A DNA stretch of 63,186 nt, filler included, from Bigelowiella natans CCMP2755 (taxonomy: Eukaryota > Protista > Cercozoa), in NCBI GenBank assembly GCA_000320545.1. It is 8 parts of 8 records of this genome, joined end to end, with 100 filler letters (N's around TTAATTAATTAA, not from the genome) between each part and the next. Parts side by side here need not be neighbours in the genome. Positions count along the whole stretch, not along the records: positions 37,142 to 59,975 come from ADNK01000720.1; positions 60,076 to 63,186 come from ADNK01003509.1; 6 more parts are not named here. One strand, given 5' to 3'. Under the pieces are notes generated by a model. That model was not told the DNA's origin. It ran no database searches and saw nothing but the letters and a program-made list of their open reading frames with translations. The position numbers and the translations under genes were made by a program. Of the stretch, positions 54,101 to 63,186 are shown piece after piece (the first letter of the stretch is position 1; every line of letters starts with the position of its first letter).

Positions 54101-54384
54101 TGCCGTGCACCGGCACCCCGAACCGCTTTTCTCCTCCTCAATTCGATGGTCGACTTCGAGGACTTGGGGCTTTCCGAGCGCGCCAAGGCTGGGCTCAAGT
54201 GCTCCCGTCGCAACCAACGGCCTCTGGAAACACCCCCAGCTGCAACTTTGACCGTCACTCTCGTGGAAGTGTCTGCTCCTGTGGGCAACGCTCTTCTCAC
54301 TGCACCGTGGCAGCACGACCCAGTTTTGGCTCAAGCCAGCATCGACTTGAGGACTCGTGCTCCTGTTCGTCTTGCACTTTGCAA

Positions 54385-55140
54385 CGCTCCTCCTTTCCTT
54401 CCTGTTCGCTGCGTGTTTTGCTCTTGTTGCACTCCTCCTTTCCCTCCTGTTCGCTCCCACTCGCTTCGTGTTTTGCCTTCACGACACTCCTCCTTTTCTT
54501 TTTGCTCGCTTTTTCCTTCCTGTTCGTTTCGTCGCTTTGTGTTTCGTGACACCTGTTCGTTCTTCACGACACTCCTCCTTTCCTCCACGTTCGCTTCTTC
54601 CTCTCTGTCAACTTTGCACTCCGCCTTTCCTTCCTGTTCGCTTTGCACTTCACTTTCACAACGCCCCTCCTTCCCTTCCTGTTCGCTTTGTGTTTCACCT
54701 TTGCAACACTCCTTTCCTCCCTGTTCGCTCCTTCCTTTTTGTCACCTTTGCACTCCTCCTTTCCTCCTTGTTCGCTTTGCGTTTTGTTTTCACAACGCTC
54801 CTCCTTTCCTCTCTGTTCGCTTCCGTTCGCTTCGTGCACGTTTTGCTTTGTGACACTCCTCCTTTTGTTTCTGTTTGCCTTTTCCTTCCTGTTGGTTTCA
54901 TCGCTTCGTGTTTTGTGACCCTCATCCCTTCCTTTTTGTTCGCTTTTTCCTCCCTGTTCGTTTTGTTGCTTTGTGTTTTTTGACACTCCTCCTTCGTGAC
55001 ACTCCTCCTTTCCTTTTTGTTTCCTTTCCGTTCGTCTCATCGCTTTGCGTTTTGCACCATCGCTTCACGTTTCACAACACTCCTCTTTTGCAACACTCCT
55101 TTTTTCCTTCCTGTTCGTTTTTTCCTTTTTGTTCGTCTTG
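54385..55140. repeat. degenerate pyrimidine-rich minisatellite, ~40-bp unit
   Basis: Recurrent core CTCCTCCTTTCC(T)TCCTGTTCGCT followed by variable TTGTGTTT-CACGACA, over roughly 15-20 units. Confidence 0.85.
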
Positions 55141-56428
55141 CCGCTTTCTTCCTGGTTTTTTTTTTTTTTTCCCATCGCTTGTGATGGTGGGAACAAGGGG
55201 GAAATCGGTGGTTGTTGAAGGGAACGACAGTGGTGCCAAGGGAGACACTCTGCCGTGTCACCGTCAGGTTTGTCGTCGCTGTCTGTGCCGAAGGGGGGCT
55301 TTCAGTGTGCCACTTTCCCACAACGAGGGTTGCTTCTCACAGGAAGCAGTTGAGATGACGTCTCATGCCTTGGGGGGGCAGGCAGACGTTTTCATTGAAA
55401 GTTTCATCACGTTGTCAGCGAAGTGTTTCACGGTGGGCTGGCTCACCGTCCAGCCGTCTAGCCGTGGATGTGCGATGGGCCAGTTCACCGTGGGTGTTTT
55501 GCACCTTGTCGCGCTGCGCGGTGTGGCGAAGGAGCAAGTGCAAGCACCACGGTGCACGCTGGCACGGTGCTGGCGCACAAGTGCTGCTGGTGACGTGGGG
55601 ACACGTGTGTCCACACACGTGCACGCGCAAGGAACACGTGCACCCACGCACACCACACGTGCCCAAAAAGCACACGTGCTCTGTTCACATCCACACGTGC
55701 ACCAAACAAGCCACTGCACATGCACCGAAAATTGCCAAGCTTGGCTGCAGTGCGTGCAGTTCGCACGCAATGGTGCGCAACACGTGGTGCACATGGATGC
55801 ATGCATGCACGTGTGAGCGCTGTCGTTTGGCACACGTGTGGCTGTGGGTGCACGTGAAGTGCGCGATGTGCACACGTCGCAGACGGCCACACGCATGAGG
55901 ACACACGTGTCCACGTGGTGATGGGAGAAGCAGGAGCAGCAAAGTCAGTGCACGTGCTCGCCACTCGGCTGCCAGCGACGGACACGACCAGCAGCAGCGT
56001 CTCCACCACTCACCACCACTGTTTGCATCACCAAGCTGTCTCCTGGCCCTGTTCCCGCATTGACGACCAGCTCAGGCGTGCGTTTGTGTCGTTTTTTGTT
56101 CATCCGGACCTGGTGACGTCTGCGTGCTGCTTTTGTTGTTGTTGCCGTGCAGCGCTGTCGCATCGCCGCTGTCACCACTGAGGCCAGGATCGTTGCGCAA
56201 CGTGGCGCGGCTCAGGCGGCGCAACGTGCTGCAGCGCGCCGTCGTGCCCCAGTCTAGCAGTGTCCTGCGGCGCTTGGGTTGGACTTGTGTGGCGTCGTTC
56301 GTCATTGCAACGCTCGCTGCTGCTGCACCAGGGAACTTTCACAGTCGCAGCCCTGCCACTGCTCGGGCTGACTCGCTCGTCATGGTTCCCCTTCTGCTCA
56401 GGGCGAACCACACACATCGTTGTCGTTT

Positions 56429-56965
56429 TCACTCACAAACGGCCCTGACCAGCTGACCCTGATCCCAACCCTGATTGTTGGTCTCGAAACCAACCAGCAG
56501 CCACGAGCAAACCTTCCCGTCTGCTCCAGCGCTCGGATTTGCCCTGAAGTCAACCAGGTCGAAGCAGACGTGCTGAGGTTTTCTGCTCACCTGGTCGAAC
56601 AAAGTGACGTCACCAGGTCTGGAGGTCACTCTGACTGCACCTTGCACCCCTTCACTCTGGCACTCCCCACCACCTCCCGGAAACAATCTGGCAACAGTTG
56701 TCAACCTGGACGGCAGCGAATCAGGAAACACCTTTTGGCTCACCCTGCGAAAAGTTTTGAACCAGTTCCCAAAAAAACTCTTGCACTTTGCCAGTTTGAC
56801 GTGCGTGGCCAATTGCGTGGGCAGTCGCTCACGCAAGGGCCGCCTGCACTTCCGAACTTGGCGCACGCGTGCACAGGCCAGCAGGGGTCCTGCGAACTTC
56901 TCGGAAGGTTCGAAGAACTTCGCGAATGCTTCGCGAACGCGCAACGCTGCACGTGCATGCAACAA
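56429..56965 (-). pseudogene. relic ORF of unknown family, Tyr-free
   Basis: Reads KCKSFFGNWFKTFRRV..PQHVCFDLVDF..KVCSWLLVGFE, which looks natural with Tyr restored. Confidence 0.35.
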
Positions 56966-57657
56966 TTTGAAAAAAAAACACGACGCGATTCAAACCACTG
57001 TGACACCATCACAACGTTGGCGCGCCGCGCACCTCGCAGCTCAAATTGTCAACTTTGGTTGTCCACGCACAACCTCAGAACCAGACAACCCGTTGTTGAC
57101 CACGCACGTGTCACGTGATTGCAATTGAAGCTGGCTTGCGCCGGCCTCGTGAAAACAAAGTGCGTGGAAAACGTTGGTGTGATCATGGACATGCAATGCA
57201 TGCATTGCATTGCTGTGTCCATCATTGTGCACTTTTGTTTGGAGAGTGGGAGGCGCAAAAACGGGGAAATCGAGTCACACTGTGTTCACACACCAACCAC
57301 ACCAACGGTGAACAACGTCCTGCCAGCCTGCGTGGAAGTAGACCGTCCCAAGTCCTGAACGACAGAAGTTCCACCCAAAACGAAACAGCTGCAAACATCA
57401 GTTTTGCCAGGATGCACCACATCCAAAAACAATGGCAGTCATTGCAGGCTGGCAGGGCACCAGAGCAGTGCACTGCTGGACTGTGAAGAGGCACACACGC
57501 ACTGTCAATCCAGCCCCACACGCCAGCACGCACACCGAGCGAGCTTGCCAGTGCGACCAGTCACGTGCACATGCACACACCAGCACAGGTCGCAATTGCT
57601 GCACGTGCACGACTGTCGTCAGCCCAACGCCTCGTGCACAGCTTTTGAACGTTTGGA

Positions 57658-57972
57658 ATGAGTTGCGTGTCAAACGAGCAGCTCCACAACGAGCAGCTCC
57701 TCGTCTTGCTTCGCGACAAGCAACGTCAACACGGGGGCACGTGCACGCTTGCAGTTCATTGCAAACCAGGCTCAGACAAAAACGACACGCATCAGGCAAA
57801 ACACACTCGAGCAACAATTTGTTTTTGGCCAGCTGCTTGGGAGTTGGCATCAAACACGTCTCTCCCAGAGTGGGTGGCAAACGAGTGCGCACGATTTCTC
57901 GACGATGCGATGCGATGTGACCTCCTTGTGCAGAGGCCGATGAACTCGAGCCGCCATTGCGACCGGTTTTGA
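57658..57972 (+). pseudogene. small relic ORF, Tyr-free
   Basis: Reads MSCVSNEQLHNEQLLVLL..GGTCTLAVHCKPG..TICFWPAAWEL..WVANECARFLDDAM, which looks natural with Tyr restored. Confidence 0.35.
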
Positions 57973-58039
57973 GACAATGCCTGCATCGATCTAGGCAGCG
58001 ATCTCCGGAGAAATCACAAATCACAACAGCTAGACAGAG

Positions 58040-58301
58040 TGGCCAACTCGACAGTTCATCGCAACCGCAATTGCACCTTGAGGTGCCAGCGTGTAGCCAT
58101 TATAAATCTTCGAACCTTCCAACGTTCCCCATCCATAGCCAGCTCCGCCACCGTAGAGGAAGCTTCCTCCATATATCCAAAAGAATACGGGAAGAGGCTC
58201 CGCGCCTGTGATGGCTGGGTCAATTCTTTCAGGAACTAAACGCTTCCGAAGCCACCAGCGCTTTTTGACGGTTTTTTTTTTTTGAGCTGCTTCTTCAGGC
58301 T
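58040..58301 (-). CDS. carboxylesterase type-B (COesterase) exon; downstream catalytic exons not found, so the gene is probably disrupted
   Basis: LPVFFWIYGGSFLYGGG...YNGYTLAPQGAIAVAMNCRVG matches LPVxVWIYGGxF..G...VVVTxNYRLG. A cacag acceptor lies at ~58302. Confidence 0.8.
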
Positions 58302-58504
58302 CTGTGAGGAGTATGATGGTGACAGCAGAAGATGCACATTGCCGTCCAGCAGTGAGTTCATGGATTGTCACATGATGACGGTGATGACGACGATGGCGAC
58401 GATGGCGACGATCATGATGGTGTTTGTGCGAATGCATGAGTCACTCTTGCACCTCTCCAATGTGCACGTGTGCAAATGATGAACACATGGCACTACACAT
58501 CAAA

Positions 58505-58539
<35 letters not shown>

Positions 58540-58621
58540 CGGTTTCTTCGGCTTTGTGGGAAATTTTCCCTGAGCCATCTCCATTGCCTTATTGAGTATT
58601 GTGGCATCAGATTGAAGCATA

Positions 58622-58659
<38 letters not shown>

Positions 58660-59358
58660 ACTTTAATTTGCATGGAATCTCTCGCATGATTTCTCCTCCC
58701 GTAAGGTTTGGAAGCTCCTCCTCCTCCTCCCCTCTTCCCCCCCCTCCTCCTTGTAATTCAAAGCGGGTTCATGCGGAGAAAAGCGTCAAAACTCATCACA
58801 CATACCTGTTTTTTTACGTCCCTTTGTACAGCGGCCATATCCTCTCCGTTCGCAACTCTGGAGGCATGTTTGGAGAACACATGCAACAACCGCATTAGCA
58901 ACTCAAAACGTCGCCAAAGTACGTTGTACAGATATGTATGTATATACATATATTATTTCTATATGATATTTTCTTAGGTAGCGCATAAATAGGTATCATT
59001 AGCATCTCCCTAAAAGAATATAAATCGTTGATTCGACCGTGTCATGACTTGGCGCATCATGTAAAACTCCCCAATGAAGCTCTGCACCTCCTGAAAGGAA
59101 TTGCAAGTAGGGAAGGCACTTCAAATGACGCTGATCGCAAAAGTCTCAGGCGTTGGCGGAGCAATCCCGACGGGTAAAAATGACGAAAAAGCTATGTGAA
59201 TCATGACCCCTCGCATGAGGTAACATCCCACACAACGGTAGTAGAGAAAACGATGTCTACGCACCGATGGTACCGTACTTGGATTGTCTTTCCTGATTCC
59301 TCTGCGATGCGCTTGATACGGGTGTTGGCTGTGTGTCGAATGAGGCCACGCACGCAAG

Positions 59359-59398
<40 letters not shown>

Positions 59399-59975
59399 CA
59401 CACATGTAATACACATATGTAGATTATGTTGTATCTAGAAAGATAGAGTGCAATAGTCAGCAATCTATTATCTGAGACGCTCGTGGACCTATTCCAACGA
59501 TTTGCGAGGATTGCGACGAATGTTTGTAGTGATGCTGTTGGTATGTGCACTCTTACCCCCTTTTGCTCCTGGAGTCAGAAGGTCGGGATTCCCTCTTTTC
59601 GATGTCGTATTTGTGGAGGGGGGGGGGGGGTTTGGTCATTCAGGAGGAGAGTAGAACGGAAAACAACACGATACATCATCATCAATATTATCATCATCAT
59701 CATCATCATCATTATTATTATTATCTCCCTAGAATAGTATTTTATTTAACTTAAAAAATTCAGACTACAAACAAATTGGTCTTGTGACTGGAACGTAGCA
59801 GCAGCAGCAGCAGCAATTGGCTCAATACCTCTCCTCCGGTGTCATCGGGACGACCATTTCTTCATAATTCTTCAGCCGCGCATTCGCCTTATTGAAGCAA
59901 GTGGATACATCATCATCATCATTGTCATCATCATCATAGCAAGCAGCAGAGAGAGGAAGAGAGAGGAAGAGAGAG

Positions 59976-60075
59976 NNNNNNNNNNNNNNNNNNNNNNNNN
60001 NNNNNNNNNNNNNNNNNNNTTAATTAATTAANNNNNNNNNNNNNNNNNNNNNNNNNNNNNNNNNNNNNNNNNNNN
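59976..60075. other. artificial contig spacer
   Basis: N44-TTAATTAATTAA-N44. Confidence 0.99.
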
Positions 60076-61227
60076 CATTCACCCGTACGCGTCCATCGAT
60101 CTCAACGATGAGCATATTGGAAAGGTAATAATCGTCGTAACGATAATAATCACAATGATAACATAGACACGTTTCTCTCTCCATTCTATAAAAACATAGC
60201 AAAAGAGTAGTTTCGTGTAAAATCTGAAAGAGGCCGGCATGCAACCCTTACCCCCCCCCCCCCTCACTGTTCTTCTCCACGCAGGATTGGAAGTTCCCGG
60301 CTGAGATATTGCAGATGTCGCCCTCTGAGTGCCTCGAGCTATACAAATGCATAGCCTCCCTGTCCTCGCGTCTCCCACCGGAATCAAAGCGACGCATCGA
60401 GGTGACATTGATGATGATGATGATGATCGATGATGGTGAAGATCGATGATGGGATTGGGGCACGGGGGCATCGACCAACGAAAGCCTTAGTGGCGACGCT
60501 GCTCGCATTTGCTACGTTCTATTGTCTGACCCCCCCCCGCCCCTTCTCATTCTCCGCGCTCTGCTCTTCCAGGAGTTGGAACCCGCCGTCTACTTCGCGA
60601 GCCGCCGCATACTGAAGAGGCAGGACGTCCGCAAGTACGAGAGAAGCCTCCAGGCCTTTGTCCAAGCGCTGGCGAACAAGCACAGGGCCGCGTTCTGTGC
60701 GATCGTCACAGCGCTCAAGGGCAAGATTCCCCGTAGGCTTCTTCGGACGCCGTGCACGAATGGCATCCGGATCGGCCACTTCCCGGCGCTCCTCGCGGAC
60801 CTGCGCGCGGCGGAGATGCTCCCCGCCATGGTGTTCTGCTTCTCGTCGTTCCACTCCGATCAGCTCGTGCATGAGCTCATGAGGGAGTTTCACATCACCG
60901 AGGAGGATCCAGAGGAGGTCTATCTATGCAGTAGTAGAAGTGCCTGCTGCTGCTGCTGCTGCATCGTTCGTAACCGTCCTCCTCCTCTGCCCCCCCCTTT
61001 CGAACCCTAACCCCCCCCCCCCTTCGCCGCCCCCCTCCACTGAATAATTGTGTGATCTCAACGGAACGCGCTTGTGCAGGTGCGAAAACGGGAGGCGGCG
61101 ATGGCGAGAATTGATGATGGGCTTGCCAGCATCCGGATGAAGATCAACGAGGCGGAGCAGGAGGGGGGGACCAAGAACGAAAGCAAACTGAGAGACCTTA
61201 GAGAGAAGGAGAGCAAGTTGGAGGTAG

Positions 61228-61265
<38 letters not shown>

Positions 61266-61894
61266 AGGGGCGGGAGATTAGTATTCACACTAAGTCATAC
61301 CCAAATCACAGCGCTCTGTAATCGCTCCTCCTCCTCCTCCTCCTCCCCCTCCCCCCACCCAGAGGTCCGCGCACAGACCGAGCGCAATAATGTAAAGAAG
61401 CAAATCCCCCCCATCCACAACTTCGCCGGCCCGAATACTGCCAAGGCCATCAACATCAAAAAGCACTTCCGGGAGGTGATGGAGAGCAGGAAGCGGTCGC
61501 ACAAGCACGTCGAGGAGAAGTACTGGGACCTGATTGAGCATGGAATCGGTGTCTACTCTAACGCGCTAGACGTAAACTTCCGCCGTTTGGTGGTTTGCCT
61601 CTTCCGCATAAAGTATCTCAAGGTCGTTATTGGAGGACAAGAACTCTCTGTGGGGATTAGCCTGCCTGCGAGGACTTCTGGTGGGGGCTGCCGCTGCTGA
61701 TGATGATGATGATGATGATGTTGATGATGATGATGATGACGCCTTCCCTTCTTCTTGTTCTTCTTGTTCTTCTTCTTGTTCTTCTTATTCTTCTCCTCCT
61801 ACTTTGCATCTCCCCCTTTTTTGTACACGCTACTCCCCTCATGTATATGCATAACTATTATCCCTTACTTCACAGCCGTGAGAGAGGGAGAGCA

Positions 61895-61934
<40 letters not shown>

Positions 61935-62306
61935 GCGAGGGTGGTGGTGGGTTGTTGCACACAGTCGATTGCTTTTCGCATTTCCGGACAAAGCCGACGG
62001 GCTTGTGACGTAGATAGAGCGCAAAGGAGCCTTGGATGCAGTCCGCAGTCCGCAGTCCGCAGTCCGTTCGTTCATCTATTCGTGTATGTATTCATTATTC
62101 TCATCACATGTGTCCGTCGCCATGCAGTTCTCTGCGGGTCGAAGTTCGTGGAGCCAATCATCTACAAGCAGATGGCGGGCCGGGCAGGGCGACGCGGCTA
62201 TGATCTGAAGGGGCACGTCGTTTTCTACGGCGTGAAGCCGGAGAAGGTCCTCAATCGCCCTCAATCGCGCGCGCGTGTGCGTGTGCGTGTGCGTGTGCGT
62301 GTGCGT

Positions 62307-62339
<33 letters not shown>

Positions 62340-63062
62340 ATCGAAATGCATAATAAATCCCCGAAGATCGATGTATGTCTTTTTGCCTGAACGCCTTTTA
62401 ATCACGTTCTCTGTTTCATTGGCTATATTACCCCCCCGCCGACGCAGACGTTTCATCTGCTGCGCACGGCGCTACCCCCCATCCAAGGCCATTCCACTTG
62501 CTCCGTCGGGACTGTGCTGAGGGCCGTGGGGCTGATCGATCAAAGATACGCTCATCACGAAGAGGGGGGCGCAGAAGATGAAGGAACCCAAAACAAAACA
62601 AAAACAAAAAAAGGAAAAAAAGAGGAGGAGGAGGAGGAAGAGGAGGGGGAGGGGGAGGACAATGATGACCGTCTGCGTCCGGGGGCGAACTTAGTCGATA
62701 AATCATCCAATGATGTGAGCGAGAATTGGGAGGACTGGGAGGACGATGCAGAGAAGGAGGGGGGGGTTGAGGAGGAGGCGGCGGCGGCGGCGGAGGAAGG
62801 GAAGGGGGGGGACAACGATGATCGTCTACGTCTGGAGGCGAACTTAGTCGATAAATCATTCAATGATGTGAGGGAGGAGGGGAGAGAAGCGAGGGGTGAA
62901 GCCGCCGCAGTAGCGCACAGACAGCAATTATATCGGGGAATCAACTCGCAAGACGTCGCCGTGCTCAATGCCATCCACCTCCGGTCAACGCTGGAGTTCC
63001 TCCTGCACGCGGGGATGATCCGAAAGGCCGAGAAAGGGCAAGGGGGTAGATTGACCCCGGCA
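60076..63062 (+). CDS. DDX60-like Ski2-family RNA helicase, internal fragment containing the RecA2 domain
   Basis: Motifs: IHPYASI, MSPSECLELY, LLADLRAAEMLPAMVFCFS, LIEHGIGVY..FRRLVVCLFRIKYLKVVI..LSVGISLPARTSV, YKQMAGRAGRRGYDLKGHVVF. Confidence 0.85.
62651..62871 (+). repeat. imperfect ~65-bp direct duplication within a low-complexity coding segment
   Basis: ggacaatgatgaccgtctgcgtccgggggcgaacttagtcgataaatcatccaatgatgtgag (~62656) versus ggacaacgatgatcgtctacgtctggaggcgaacttagtcgataaatcattcaatgatgtgag (~62810). Confidence 0.9.
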
Positions 63063-63066
63063 GGTG

Positions 63067-63126
<60 letters not shown>

Positions 63127-63186
63127 CTAATGTTCCCTTTTTTTTGGTGAATGAAAGAGATGAAAAGGGGGGGGGGGGGGGGGGGG

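Larger units (their letters stand above)
49400..58030. mobile_element. hypermutated, TpA-erased block containing relic intronless ORFs; probably a decayed transposon or viral insert, family unidentified
   Basis: About 7 TA steps in ~8.6 kb by eye. There are no host-type microsatellites or evident introns, and ORFs overlap in all six frames. No transposase, RT or capsid motif was recognised, so the mobile origin is inference. Confidence 0.55.
1..63186. repeat. dispersed microsatellites (TA, CA, GA, CAT, CAG, TAC, CCT, poly-G/C), mainly in introns and low-complexity coding stretches
   Basis: Visible throughout, except at ~17.3-24.7 kb, ~47.4-58.3 kb and in the head-to-head promoter gaps. Confidence 0.97.

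Noticed and set aside
54385-55140. CRISPR array
   Set aside because: The repeats are degenerate and low-complexity, the linkers resemble each other rather than being unique spacers, no cas genes are present, and the context is eukaryotic.
49300-58000. Dense overlapping ORFs on all six frames as real overlapping genes or Cys/His-rich metal-binding proteins
   Set aside because: They are explained by loss of TAA/TAG stops and Tyr codons through TpA erasure.
49400-58030. CpG methylation decay or classical fungal RIP as the cause of the TG/CA excess
   Set aside because: CpG is abundant and TpA is the missing step. RIP would increase TpA.
2627-60075. Seven identical TTAATTAATTAA motifs within N runs as a biological repeat
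   Set aside because: The fixed 100-bp format with an all-frame stop linker marks artificial joins, so gene neighbourhoods across them are meaningless.
61001-61022. AACCCTAACCC as telomeric repeat (also GGGTTAGGG near 8470)
   Set aside because: These are single units adjoining poly-C/G tracts, not arrays.

Overview
This window is eukaryotic nuclear DNA. It consists of eight contigs joined by seven artificial 100-bp spacers (N44-TTAATTAATTAA-N44). Most of it is intron-rich and full of microsatellites, and most short ORFs in the supplied track are microsatellite artefacts. Spliced genes recognised by motif are: a CRAL-TRIO/Sec14 protein, an NT5DC-like 5'-nucleotidase, NDUFS7/PSST, a RIC1-like protein, a PUB-domain protein, a sugar porter, a PA14-REJ-GPS-TM receptor, TRM5, GCP4 with an inserted L-type lectin domain, a fibrillarin fragment, an NHL-repeat protein, a DUF1415-SET fusion, a carboxylesterase exon and a DDX60-like helicase. 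Signal-anchor plus transit-like leaders suggest an alga with a secondary plastid, possibly a chlorarachniophyte (inference). The standout is an ~8.6-kb block (~49.4-58.0 kb) in which the dinucleotide TpA is almost absent (about 7 found by eye) and ApT is depleted, while CpG is kept. Relic ORFs there have Cys/His where Tyr would be expected. This looks like RIP-like but adenine-directed (TA->TG/CA) hypermutation that leaks into neighbouring host DNA and tends to spare CTAG. An intact, intronless trypsin-like plus retropepsin double-protease ORF lies next to the block. All calls are by-eye motif recognition; no searches were run.
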